Both the position numbers and the translations under genes were made by a program. Below are positions 1-10,635 of a stretch of DNA of 64,000 bases, piece by piece (the stretch's first letter is position 1; each line of letters starts with the position of its first letter). The notes under the pieces were generated by a model that was given only the letters and a program-made list of their open reading frames with translations, was not told the DNA's origin and did no database searches. Source of the DNA: Podarcis vaucheri. Lineage: Eukaryota. The DNA lies in the NCBI GenBank assembly GCA_965113315.1, contig OZ220375.1; one strand, given 5' to 3'.

Positions 1-32
1 ATGCCATCACATGGCACAGTTGGTTTAACCAG
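1..32 (+). CDS. V2R gene A exon 4 (3' end)
   Basis: Identical to end of exon 4 of C and D; donor gt at 33. Confidence 0.85.
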
Positions 33-1180
33 GTAGGGTTGCATTGTTTGCTAATTCAAAAGAGATTCAGTATTGAATAAGCAAGCATTATCCACCTGCA
101 GGTGTACTCACTGTTCTTTGAGCCGCAAGTTGAGGAGTGGTGTATGACCAAACTATTGAGGTACCAGACTAAGAGCCAGAGGTTTACTGCTAGAAGCCAC
201 ACATGGATTAAAGGCAAATATTTTATTAAGGAGGTTACAAAACAAAAGATACAATGTAAATAGAATTAGGGGGATCCAAATTCAGACAAAAATAACAACA
301 GCTAAATTGTCTCAGCCTGATGCCAACCATTCACAGACCCACTACAAGCTGCATCCACGCAAATGTGGTTATTGCACCACAGAATCCTCCATCTGAATGT
401 GGGTCATTAGGTCCAGATCAAATATCAGTTTTTCTATGGAAAGGCCTGGAGACAGGAGGGCAGGTTTTCTTTCAGTCAAATAGAGCCTCTGGGTACATTT
501 CCTCAGCACAAGAGTGTATACATGCTTAGAGACCATGAAGCTACAAAGTGGATTTCTTCACAGTCATTGTGATCTTGAAGCAACCTTACATCTAACATTG
601 CAGACAAGTGGTGAGTTGGACTAATGAAATGGATTATTATTTTCCGTTGGAAGACTTGAACCACAATCCTAAGTAAAAAAGAAAACTATTGTAAAAAGCA
701 ATTGGGATTTCTTTACACTTATTAAATACTGATTTAATAAGTATTGAAAGATGATGTAAGAATTGAATAGCCCCAGAGTTTTGTCTTTCTTGCTAGAAAG
801 GTGGGGAAATGAGGTGGTTGGGGAAAGGAGGCATAATAATATTAAAGGAAGAAATCAAGGACAGCAGCAGATGCAGGAGACCACTAGTCTTCTAAGGGGG
901 GCAGTGGAAGAGATGCAAGCAGGAGAAGTGGTGAAGATTGAGAGAGCGAAGGAAGGAAAGAAGAAGAAAGGTGTGAAGAGCAAGAGACAGAGCATTAGGA
1001 ATGTAGGCATCAAACTTTTTAAAAGAGTGGTCTCAAAATATTTTTTAGAGGTACATTTTGTTTATAGCTTGCTGAGAAAAGTTTTGCAGCATTCCAGGGA
1101 GTGTCGTAGGTCTTAGATAGCTTCATTCTAATTCATGTATTTGTCCAGAATATTTTTGTATTGGAATTCACAAAGATTGC

Positions 1181-1222
<42 letters not shown>

Positions 1223-2847
1223 GGAATACTCCACAATCTGAGTAGGTTTTCCCAGCCACTCTGGGTGGCATATTCAGAACTTTTCCCCAGACAGCATCTG
1301 ATGAGTCCAAGTATAGGTGTAGCCACCAGCACCAAAATCAGTTCTAGAGCTCTCTACCTAGTGGACAGCATACTCAACATTAACAAAATTAACAGGGAAA
1401 CTAGAGTAACTTCAAAGTGTACTTTAATGGACAGGGCAATCTTTGCAGAACAGATGGGGTACTGCACATACCAGAGCAATATCAAGGGCATATAACATAA
1501 CTTCAAACATTACTACTACTAATACAAAAAGAAGCAATTGCTCTCTGTATAGTGATTACATATTACTGAAGTGCTGTGTCAGATTAGTAACAGAGAAAGG
1601 CCCGAGAACATAAAGGATTCCAAACTCATTAGACTCCAAATTCCAAAATTCATTAGTTTCTTGATGAACCTTCTGTTCTTTCATTTATGGATTAGACTCG
1701 GCCTCTATCTCTCTGTACTGAGACATGTCTTCCAGGATCCAGCAAGAAAGTGAAGGAGGGACAGCCACCTTGCTGCTACGATTGCATCCCATGTGCAGAG
1801 GGGAAGATTGCAAACCAGTATGGTAGGGAAAATAAATAGATTAAATAGATCCAAACTTAGTACTCAGATTAAATAGAACAATCAACATTTCAGTAAGCTG
1901 ACATGATATGAGCTAAAGGTCTTTTCCTTAATATTATTTCCTCAGATATGAATGACTGTCATAAATGCCCAGACAAAGACTATCCAAGCAGAAACCGTGA
2001 TGCATGTCTACCCAAAGATATAAGCTTCTTGTCTTATGAAGAACCTTTGGGCATCAGTTTAGCCTGCTGCTCTCTTTCCCTTTCCTTGATCACAGCTCTG
2101 GTACTAGGTACATTTATAAAACACCATGACACACCCATTGTCATTGCAAACAACCGAAACCTTACCTACACTCTCCTCATCTCTCTCCTGCTCTGCTTCC
2201 TGTGTGCATTGCTCTTCATTGGCCGACCTGAGAAGGTGACATGCCTCCTCCGACAAACAGCTTTTGGCATCATCTTCTCAACTGCTGTTTCTTGTGTCCT
2301 GGCAAAAACCTTCACTGTGGTTTTGGCCTTCATGGCTACAAAACCAGAATCCAGGATGAGGAAATGGGTGGGGAAAGGACTAGGCCACTCCATTCTCCTT
2401 TTCTGCTCCATTGTTCAAGCAGGCATATGTACTGTGTGGCTGGCAACCTCTCCCCCATACCCAGATGTGGACATGCACTCAATGACAGAAGAAATTATAC
2501 TAGAATGTAATGAAGGGTCTGTGACCATGTTTTACTGTGTTCTCATCTACATGGGCTGCCTGGCCACTGTATGTTTTGCTGTGGCTTTCCTCGCCAGGAA
2601 GTTACCAGACAGTTTCAACGAAGCCAAGTTTATCACTTTCAGCATGTTGGTTTTCTGCAGTGTTTGGCTGTCCTTTATTCCTTCCTATCTGAGCACCAAA
2701 GGAAAATATATGGTAGCTGTGGAGATCTTCTCTATCTTAGGCTCCGGTGTTGGGTTGCTGGTTTGCATCTTCTTCCCCAAATGTTACATAATCACTCTGA
2801 GGCCTGAGCTGAACAATAGGGAACAGCTAATAAGGAAGAAAAATTAA
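1..2847 (+). CDS. V2R gene A (alpha subfamily), 5'-partial vomeronasal type-2 receptor; exons 4(part)-6
   Basis: Exon 4 end 1..32 ([10 protein letters not shown]|gt), exon 5 1696..1822, exon 6 1946..2847. GT-AG junctions and phases match paralogs C and D. 7TM has [16 protein letters not shown] and [11 protein letters not shown]. Confidence 0.93.
1696..1822 (+). CDS. V2R gene A exon 5 (cysteine-rich domain)
   Basis: 127 bp, [14 protein letters not shown]...[17 protein letters not shown], flanked by ag/gt. Confidence 0.9.
1946..2847 (+). CDS. V2R gene A exon 6 (7TM)
   Basis: 902 bp, open to TAA; ORF 1948..2847. Confidence 0.95.
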
Positions 2848-2971
2848 AGGAATAATACACCTGTCCTTTTCTGTATTTTGTGCTTTTCTCTGTGTGTACA
2901 GTCGAATATTTGCAAACACGTGTTCAGCAGCTGTCTTATATAATTTTTTCTAGACCTGGTGATTTTGACAG

Positions 2972-4881
2972 CTGCCCCATTTCCATTTGTAATGATCACT
3001 GCAGTCCAGGTTATAGAAGAGCTAAAAAAGAAGGGAAGGCATTTTGCTGCTATGATTGCTTTCCATGTCCAGAAGGGAAGATTTCAAACCAGAAAGGTAA
3101 GGAATGTCATATGTAGATGTGTTCTATTTAACAGTTGCCGCCTATTTAATAGATGGGTACCATTTATTTTATAAATAGATTGACTGCAATCCAGCTGGTT
3201 CCCATCGGTGTTTTAAATGCTTAAACTAATTTCTTTAACATTCAAAATGGTGAAATGTTAGCATCCACAAAACATATGTAAAGGACTGTAGAAATCTGTG
3301 ATGTCATACACTCTGTGGCAGTTATGGCAGTTAGCTGAACAGTCTTAAAATTTAGAGTAGCAGGTTTGTTGTGTGCTGCTGCCTTTTGCCTAAGAGTCAG
3401 TCAGTCTGTAACAGTTTAATCTATGTAAGACATACAGTGGAACCTCAGGTTGCAAATGTGATCCATGCTGGAGGCACGTTCACAACCCACAGTGTTCGCA
3501 ACCCACAGCGCCGCGTCTGTGCATGCGCAGGTGTGATTCGATACTTCTGCGCATGCGCAAGTGCTGAAACACGGAAGTAACCCGTTCCGGTACATCCAAG
3601 TTCGGCACAGTCACAACCCGAAACCATATAACCTGAAGCGTATGTAACTCGAGGTACCATTGTATTAGCAATTTAAGTATCACCTACCTGCATTGAACAT
3701 AATAATCTCCAAATGCAAGAATACTGAATAGATGTATTTGTTCTTTAAAGTTCAAACTGAGAGTGACTTATGTAGTTTTTATAGGAGGGAAAATTCGGAC
3801 TAATAAAAAGGTCAAATGATCCAGGGCTGTCTTCCACATACTTCACATGATGTAACTTGGGTGGCTGAACAGAATATCAGACAAATTCATAGAGGATAAG
3901 AACATTAGTGGGTTGGATCAGCTTAAACAAAAAGACTGTGCAAGCACCGGTCCCAAACACACAAATCAATAGACACAGAGGCCTCTGACACCTTCAGCTG
4001 CTAGAAGGATGGTTTTAATTTGTTTATATTTCTGGATTTGCTTGGAACCCATGAGAAAGAAGGCCTTTGATGCTATTGAGCTCAGATTATGCAGGAGTTA
4101 GAAATTCCTATTATTCTTACAGCAAAATTAACATTCGATATTTCAAGTTCACTACCCTGATTCAAGAACAGAATGCCATACTTAAGTAACATTTTATGTT
4201 TATTTTTCATATTTGATTTCAGACATGGATGATTGTTTTCAGTGTTCAGAAGATCATTATCCAAACATTGGCCAAGATAGAGGCCTCCATAAAGACATAA
4301 ACTTCCAGTCTTATGATGAAGCTCTGGGGATTATTTTGACCACATTTGCAGTTTTTTTTCCTCATTAATTACAACTTTGGTTCCTGGAATATTCCTCAAG
4401 CACCAGGACACTTCCATAGTCAAAGCCAATAATCGGAACCTCACCTATGTTCTCCTGTCCTCTCTCCTTTCTTTGTGCTTTGCTATTCATTGGCAAACCA
4501 GATGAAGTGACATGTCTCCTACGGCAAACTACTTTTGGTGCAATCTTCTCAGTGGCAGTTTCCTGTGTGTTAGCCAAAACCACAATAGTAGTTCTAGCTT
4601 TCATGGCTATCAAGCCAGGCTCTAGGATGAGGAGATGGGTGGGGAAACAACTGACAACCTTTATTGTTCTTTCCAGCTTCCTTGTTCAGACTGTTTTTAT
4701 TACTGTGTGGCTAGCAACCTGTCCTCCATTCCCAGATGTTGACATGCACTCGATCACTGAATAAATTGTGCTAGAATGCAATGAAATATCATGTTTTGCT
4801 CTGTTTTGAGCTTCATGGGTTTCCTGGCCATTGCCAGCTTAACTTTGGCTTTCCTAGCTAGGAAGTCGCCTGATACTTTGG
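2972..4881 (+). pseudogene. Orphan V2R fragment (beta-like exon 5 plus truncated exon 6)
   Basis: Exon 5 2972..3096 is 125 bp, 2 short of the usual 127. Exon 6 from 4223 has frameshifts, TAA at 4762-4764 and ends at RKSPDT near 4880. No exons 1-4. Confidence 0.9.
3435..3662. mobile_element. Tc1/mariner (Tigger-like) MITE
   Basis: ta|cagtggaacctc ... gaggtaccattg|ta; TIRs with TA duplication. Confidence 0.85.
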
Positions 4882-5226
4882 ATGAGATATAATAATCATG
4901 TTTTCCTTAAAATATTACACAGAATCCATAATTCAAAGCAAGTGATTACCTCACCTGTAATTACCAGATTATTCAGAATTACATCTTCTCCCCTTCCCTA
5001 GGGACCTCCTCTGCCCACATGCAGAATGATGAAACTAAGACTGGAGGCTCTTATTAATAAGTATGAAGTGAACATGGTTGGGTCTATAGATATACAGAGG
5101 CTCGTCAGTATGGCTTTGAATCAGCTAAGTGGGTCACCATTCAAGTTAGTCTCTACTGCTCACAGTCACTTGAATGACAGTAACAGAAGAGGTGAACTTG
5201 TTCCTAAATGAATAATCCCTTGCAAG
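4880..5226 (+). promoter_or_regulatory. Putative promoter of V2R gene B
   Basis: TAATTA 4958, TCCCTAGGGA 4995-5004, CACATG 5016, TATTAATAA and ctatag; aligned with regions upstream of E, F and G. Confidence 0.6.
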
Positions 5227-5447
5227 ATGGTAGTGTTTAGGTTGCTGGTAATCTTACTGCCACTGCAGGGGATGTGCAAGTATCTTCCTCTTCCTCAGTG
5301 TTCCATCAGAGAACCTGTCCCTATTCTTCACAAATATTACCAGTCAGGAGACCTCATCATTGCTGGCATTATTTCACAGATCTACATATTTTCAGATACC
5401 CTATCCTTTGAAAAACACCCATCTCAGGAATTTTCAGATGACCATAT
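5227..5447 (+). CDS. V2R gene B exon 1
   Basis: [15 protein letters not shown] signal peptide, [12 protein letters not shown]; AT|gtaagt. Confidence 0.9.
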
Positions 5448-8400
5448 GTAAGTAGCTGAATGTTTCTTTAAAAAAAAACATATTATATGCTGATGAAATA
5501 TGTCTGGTCTGCTCATTTTTGCATGCATGTACTCCTAAATCCATTTCCCCCTCTGTCTGCATTAATCTGTTTCTTTGCTTTTCAAAAAGAACAAACATTC
5601 CACAAACAAAAATAAATTAAAAATTGTTTTAATTTCACCATTTCCAATACTCTTTTCTTCACACAAACTTTATTGAAGAATTTTAAAACATTTACCGAGC
5701 ATATAATATTGGCTTCCAGGACAACTGCTTCTACAGATGTCAAGTCTTGCCTGCAGAGATCCACATGGCATCAAAACAGGCTTGAAACATATTTTATATT
5801 ATAAATTAAGCTCACATCCATGGGATATACATAAAATTGGAGCATTAAGATAATTTCTCCATAGTGGCTGCTGTGACCCTTTGTATTTTTCTACCCCTTC
5901 TAAGAAAAACCCAAAGAAAAATGCTACATTGGTATTTGCTTATTAGGATGTGTATCCTGTGTGAATGAAGAACATGCAAACTACAAGTAACTTTTGACAG
6001 GCAGATATTAAACATACAAAACACCTCATCCAGATTCCCTATGGGCCAGAATAAATAAAAACACCTTATTGAATTATGTCTTCTGTAGATATATTAAGAG
6101 ACTCTCTAAGAAGTCCTGAAATTTGAGATGCTTTTAAGAGACGTCATAGATTCGTGAGCCAGTTTACTTTTACAAGTCTGTGAGATGTGAGCTTACAACC
6201 TGTTTTTGTACACTATCTGAACTGATACTGAACTGAAAAGCAATCTATGTTATGGTCTGAAGCAGATGAACCTTGATGCAGCATGTAACTCTCAATACAG
6301 GGTGCTGACTCACCTCTACCAGCACATCCTGGCCTTGGCATTTGCTGTAAAGGAGATCAATGAAACTCCCCAGATCTTGCCCAATGTCACCCTGGGCTTC
6401 CACATTTATAACAGCCATTTCAGTGCAAGCTGGACCTATGAAGCCTCAATGGAGCTTCTCTCAAGAAGGGCCAAGGCCATCCCTAACTATAAATGTGATG
6501 CTGAGAGCACTCCAATAGCAGTCATTGGGGGACCTAACTCTAATGTCTGTCTTCACATGACACCCATCCTGTCTACCTACAAGATACCGCAAGTAAGATC
6601 TAAATACATTCACACCTGAATTTCACTGAATTCACACTTTCAGAAGCAATACATGCAATGCAGCCATTCTTTGAAATCCCCCCTTTTCCGGATTTTGCAA
6701 AGCAGTTCTCCAGTCAAATAATGTGTCCAACAATGCATAGATTAAGGTAAAGTGTGCATTAAAAATGCATGTTAGTAAAAATATTCTTAAAATGCATTGT
6801 ATTAGCAAATATTGCTTTGCAAAGATGTGTATATTAGGCAAAATTTGCATAAAGTTTTGTATTTTAGGAGAAATTTTCATGAGGCTTAAAAAGAAATCTA
6901 ATTGATGTGGTTAAATAAGAAACTTAAGAGAAATATTGACAGATCCTCCCATTCCTAACACACACATGCACAGTGAAAGAGCAACCAATAAGGAGCTGTA
7001 AGGGTTGTGGGTCAGAATTAGGTGGAAACTAGGTGGAAGTAGGAAGGGACGCGGGTGGCGCTGTGGGCTAAAGCCTCAGCGCCTAGGGCTTGCCGATCGA
7101 AAGGTCGGCGGTTCGAATCCCCGCGGCGGGGTGCGCTCCTGCTGCTCGGTCCCAGCGCCTGCCCACCTAGCAGTTCGAAAGCACCCCCGGGGGCAAGTAG
7201 ATAAATAGGTACCGCTTACCAGCGGGAAGGTAAACGGCGTTCCGTGTGCGGCTCTGGCTCGCCAGAGCAGCGTTGTCACGCTGGCCACGTGACCCGGAAG
7301 TGTCTTCGGACAGCGCTGGCCCCCGGCCTCTAGATGTGAGATGGGCGCACAAACCCCAGAGTCTGTCAAGACTGGCCCGTTCGGGCAGGGGTACCTTTAC
7401 CTTTACCTTTAGGTGGAAGTAGATGAATTAGGTGGAAACATTCCCAGATTCGGTGTGGCCCGCAGGAGTGATCTGGGGCTGTTGGGGCATGGTCTTGGTA
7501 GGAATAATGAGATCGTCTTCACATGCCTGTAACAAGCACACAGTAAAACTAAGCAATTATATACGCTAGGCTGAGCATCTGGTGAGTTGAGGTTTCAATC
7601 CTGCTAGTTGCAGGGGCCTGCTTCCTCAGAGTGTTCTTTTCATGAAATGCACAGGGAAAGTGGACTCCAGTAGTTGAACACATAATTCAATCCTGCAGTC
7701 TGCAGGATCTACTTAACCCTTATAGTCTCGGCCAGAAATGAACAGAAGAAAGAAAACAAAACTACACACAAGTAATTGTTTTATATTGAAAACCATTCTC
7801 ATCTTTTTTCTTTTTTAAAAAAACAAAACCATAGCTCATATATGGCTCTTCCCCACTCATGAATAAAGAGTCTCAAGGAGTCTTCTTCTACCAAATGTTC
7901 CCAAATGGGGACCATCAATATAGAGGAATTATCCAGTTACTGCTGCATTTCCAGTGGACGTGGATTGGAGTGGTTTCTCAAGTTAGGGAAAATACAGAAG
8001 GTTTTATAGAGAATGTACTTCCAGTGTTTTCCCAGAGTGGCATCTGCTTTGACTTCATAGAAACATTCCCAAAGCTAACATCTTCCAATGGAATCACAGA
8101 CATGGTGGGGGAGGGCTTTCACGCTATCAGTGTTATTATGGGGAGCACTACCAATGTTGTGGTTGTACATGGAGAAATTCATTCCATGATGGCATTGAAA
8201 ATGGTGCCCCAGGTTTTAAACTTTGAGCATATACCAATGAGGACCAAGAGTAAAATCTGGTTCCTGACAGCCCAGATGGATATCACATCATTTCCATTTC
8301 AAAGATATTGGGACATAAGTTTCCTTCATGGTTCTCTTTCCCTTGCCATTCACTCAGTGGATCTGTTAGCTTTCCAGAAGTTCCTTCAGATCAACAACCC

Positions 8401-10599
8401 AAGCACAGAAAAAGAAGATGGTTTTATCAAGGACTTCTGGGAAGAGTCATTTAACTGTTCATTCTCCAGTTCTGTGGCAGATAATATAGGTGGGCAAATT
8501 TGCACAGGGGAGGAGAAGATGGAGACACTCCCCGTGTCTGTTTTTGAAATGAGAATGACTGCCCATAGCTACACCATCTACAATGCAGTCTATGCAGTGG
8601 CACATGCTTTGCACATCAGACATTCATCCCAATTCAAGCACAGAGGAATGGCAGAGGGAGTAAGATGGGAGCTTCCAAATCCACAACCATGGCAGGTAAT
8701 GTCTTGGTCAGATGAAAGCTGAAGGTACCTACGTATCTTTTGGTGCAAAAATGATGGTCGAGCTTTATCAACCTTCCATGAAATTAACAAGAAAGTTAAT
8801 CTCATAGAATAACTTTACCATACTTCAAGCCTTTTATTTTGCCTCCACAGCAGAGATTAACAGAACTCCTCTCAGTTTGTAAAATAATTTCTTTCCATCC
8901 CTTCACAATCAAGGTAGCAGGTTCAGCTGTGCATCTTTTTTGTGGAGGGAGTTCCAAAACATTGTGCTGCTCTGATATTTTGTCCAGTATGTAATTCAAC
9001 CATTCCTTGCGGAGGATTGGAGAAGATGGTGGCATCATTTATTTGATTAAAACTTTGATTAGTTTTAAGTTCATCTGTTCTTTGGTGGAGATGAACATGC
9101 CTGACATATTGGATCCATGTGACCTCTGTTGGGGCTAGGGTATCAAAGATTTCTTCAGAGTGTCTCACATTGCGTAGAATGCTGCTTTATACCATGTAGA
9201 GAACACTGGCAGCAACTCCCCAGTGTTTCAGGCAAAAGCCTTTCCCCGCCCTACATGGAGCTGTTGGGGATTGAACCTGGAACCTTCTGCATTTAAAGCA
9301 TGAGTCACCAGTGAGCCAAAGCCCTTCCCCAGGTGCCTTACTGGAGAAGCAGAAGAGGGTGTCACTGCCCCTTTCCTTGCAGTTTTGAAAATACCAGAAG
9401 CAGCAATAGGGCTGCCAACCATATTGTTGGCAGTCATGATATCTCACTCCACAATAGATACATCCATACCACAGACTTAAACCATGGGGATTGTGGTCTT
9501 TTAAAGATAGTAGAGGTCTCTTGATGGAAAAATCTTAACCTCTGTTGATAAGCCTACAATGCGGAAAGTTCTTTAGTGTAACACAAAACAGTGAAAGTTA
9601 AAGTAGTGGTGCAGATGTGGCCAATATTCCATGGTTTGGGATTTTAAGTGACCTTTTGCTGTTTCTAACATTAGCTTGCACAAAGATTTCATGGGATCAT
9701 AATCCTGAACCTTGGATGTATTTTCACCGTGTTGTATGATAACATAATAAGAGCATTTATATAAACCTTTCTTATTTTTATTATTTAGCTCCATCACATT
9801 CTCAGAAGTATTTCGTTTAACAACAGTGCAGGAGAAAAGGTGCGTTTTGGCCCAAATGGTGAATTAATTGCTGGCTTTGACATTATAAACTGGCTCATGT
9901 TTCCAAATCAGTCCTTTCTTAGAGTCAAAATTGGGAAGATAGACTCTCTGGGTGCCCAGGAAAAATCGCTCACCATTCATGAGGATGCCATTGTATGGCC
10001 CAACCAATTTAACCAGGTGGGTTCTCTGCACTTTTCAGGGTTCATTCCATCACCTGCCCAATGGTCAGGAAGAAGATAGTTACTCAAATTGCTGTTTCTC
10101 AGTATTCTGTAAATATAGTGAGACTTGTTCAATCTGAACTTTCATGTGCCACTTAATGTTCCTTCTGCAATTACATTCAGAGCGGTAGCACCAACACTCT
10201 AGAACCCACTCCTGATTAATATTAAGCATGCTCCTTCACCTTTTTTTGTTTTTTGCTAAAACCCCTTTTCATTCATTAAGCATGTGGTGGCAGGATAGGT
10301 AAGTATCAATATCTCTCCACATTGAACACTACTGTCAGCTTATTGAAGCGGGTGGTGCTGTGGTCTAAACCACTGAAACTCTTGGGATTGCCGATCAAAA
10401 CATCAGCGGTTCAAATCTGTGCAACGGGTGAGCTCCCATTGCTCTGTCCCAGCTTCTGCCAACCTAGCAGTTTGAAAGCACACCAGTGCAAGTAGATAAA
10501 TAGTTACCACTGTGGTGGGAAGGTAAACAGCAATTTTGTGCGTTCTGGTTTCCGTCAAGGTGTTACGTTGCACCAGAAGCGGTTTAGTCATGTAGGCCA

Positions 10600-10635
<36 letters not shown>

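Noticed and set aside
2166-2807. Recurrent antisense and shifted-frame ORFs over exon 6 ([16 protein letters not shown]..., [11 protein letters not shown]...), also at 24739, 33929, 50608 and 63404
   Set aside because: They are shadows of the conserved hydrophobic 7TM codons; start and stop positions vary and there is no independent coding evidence
6266-6300. N-terminal ORF extension [12 protein letters not shown] before exon 2 (also 44421)
   Set aside because: Lies upstream of the AG acceptor that gives the canonical 292-bp exon; intronic
7046-7130. tRNA-like A/B boxes here and at 32340, 43004 and 59330
   Set aside because: These are SINE heads continuing into SINE bodies and tails, not tRNA genes
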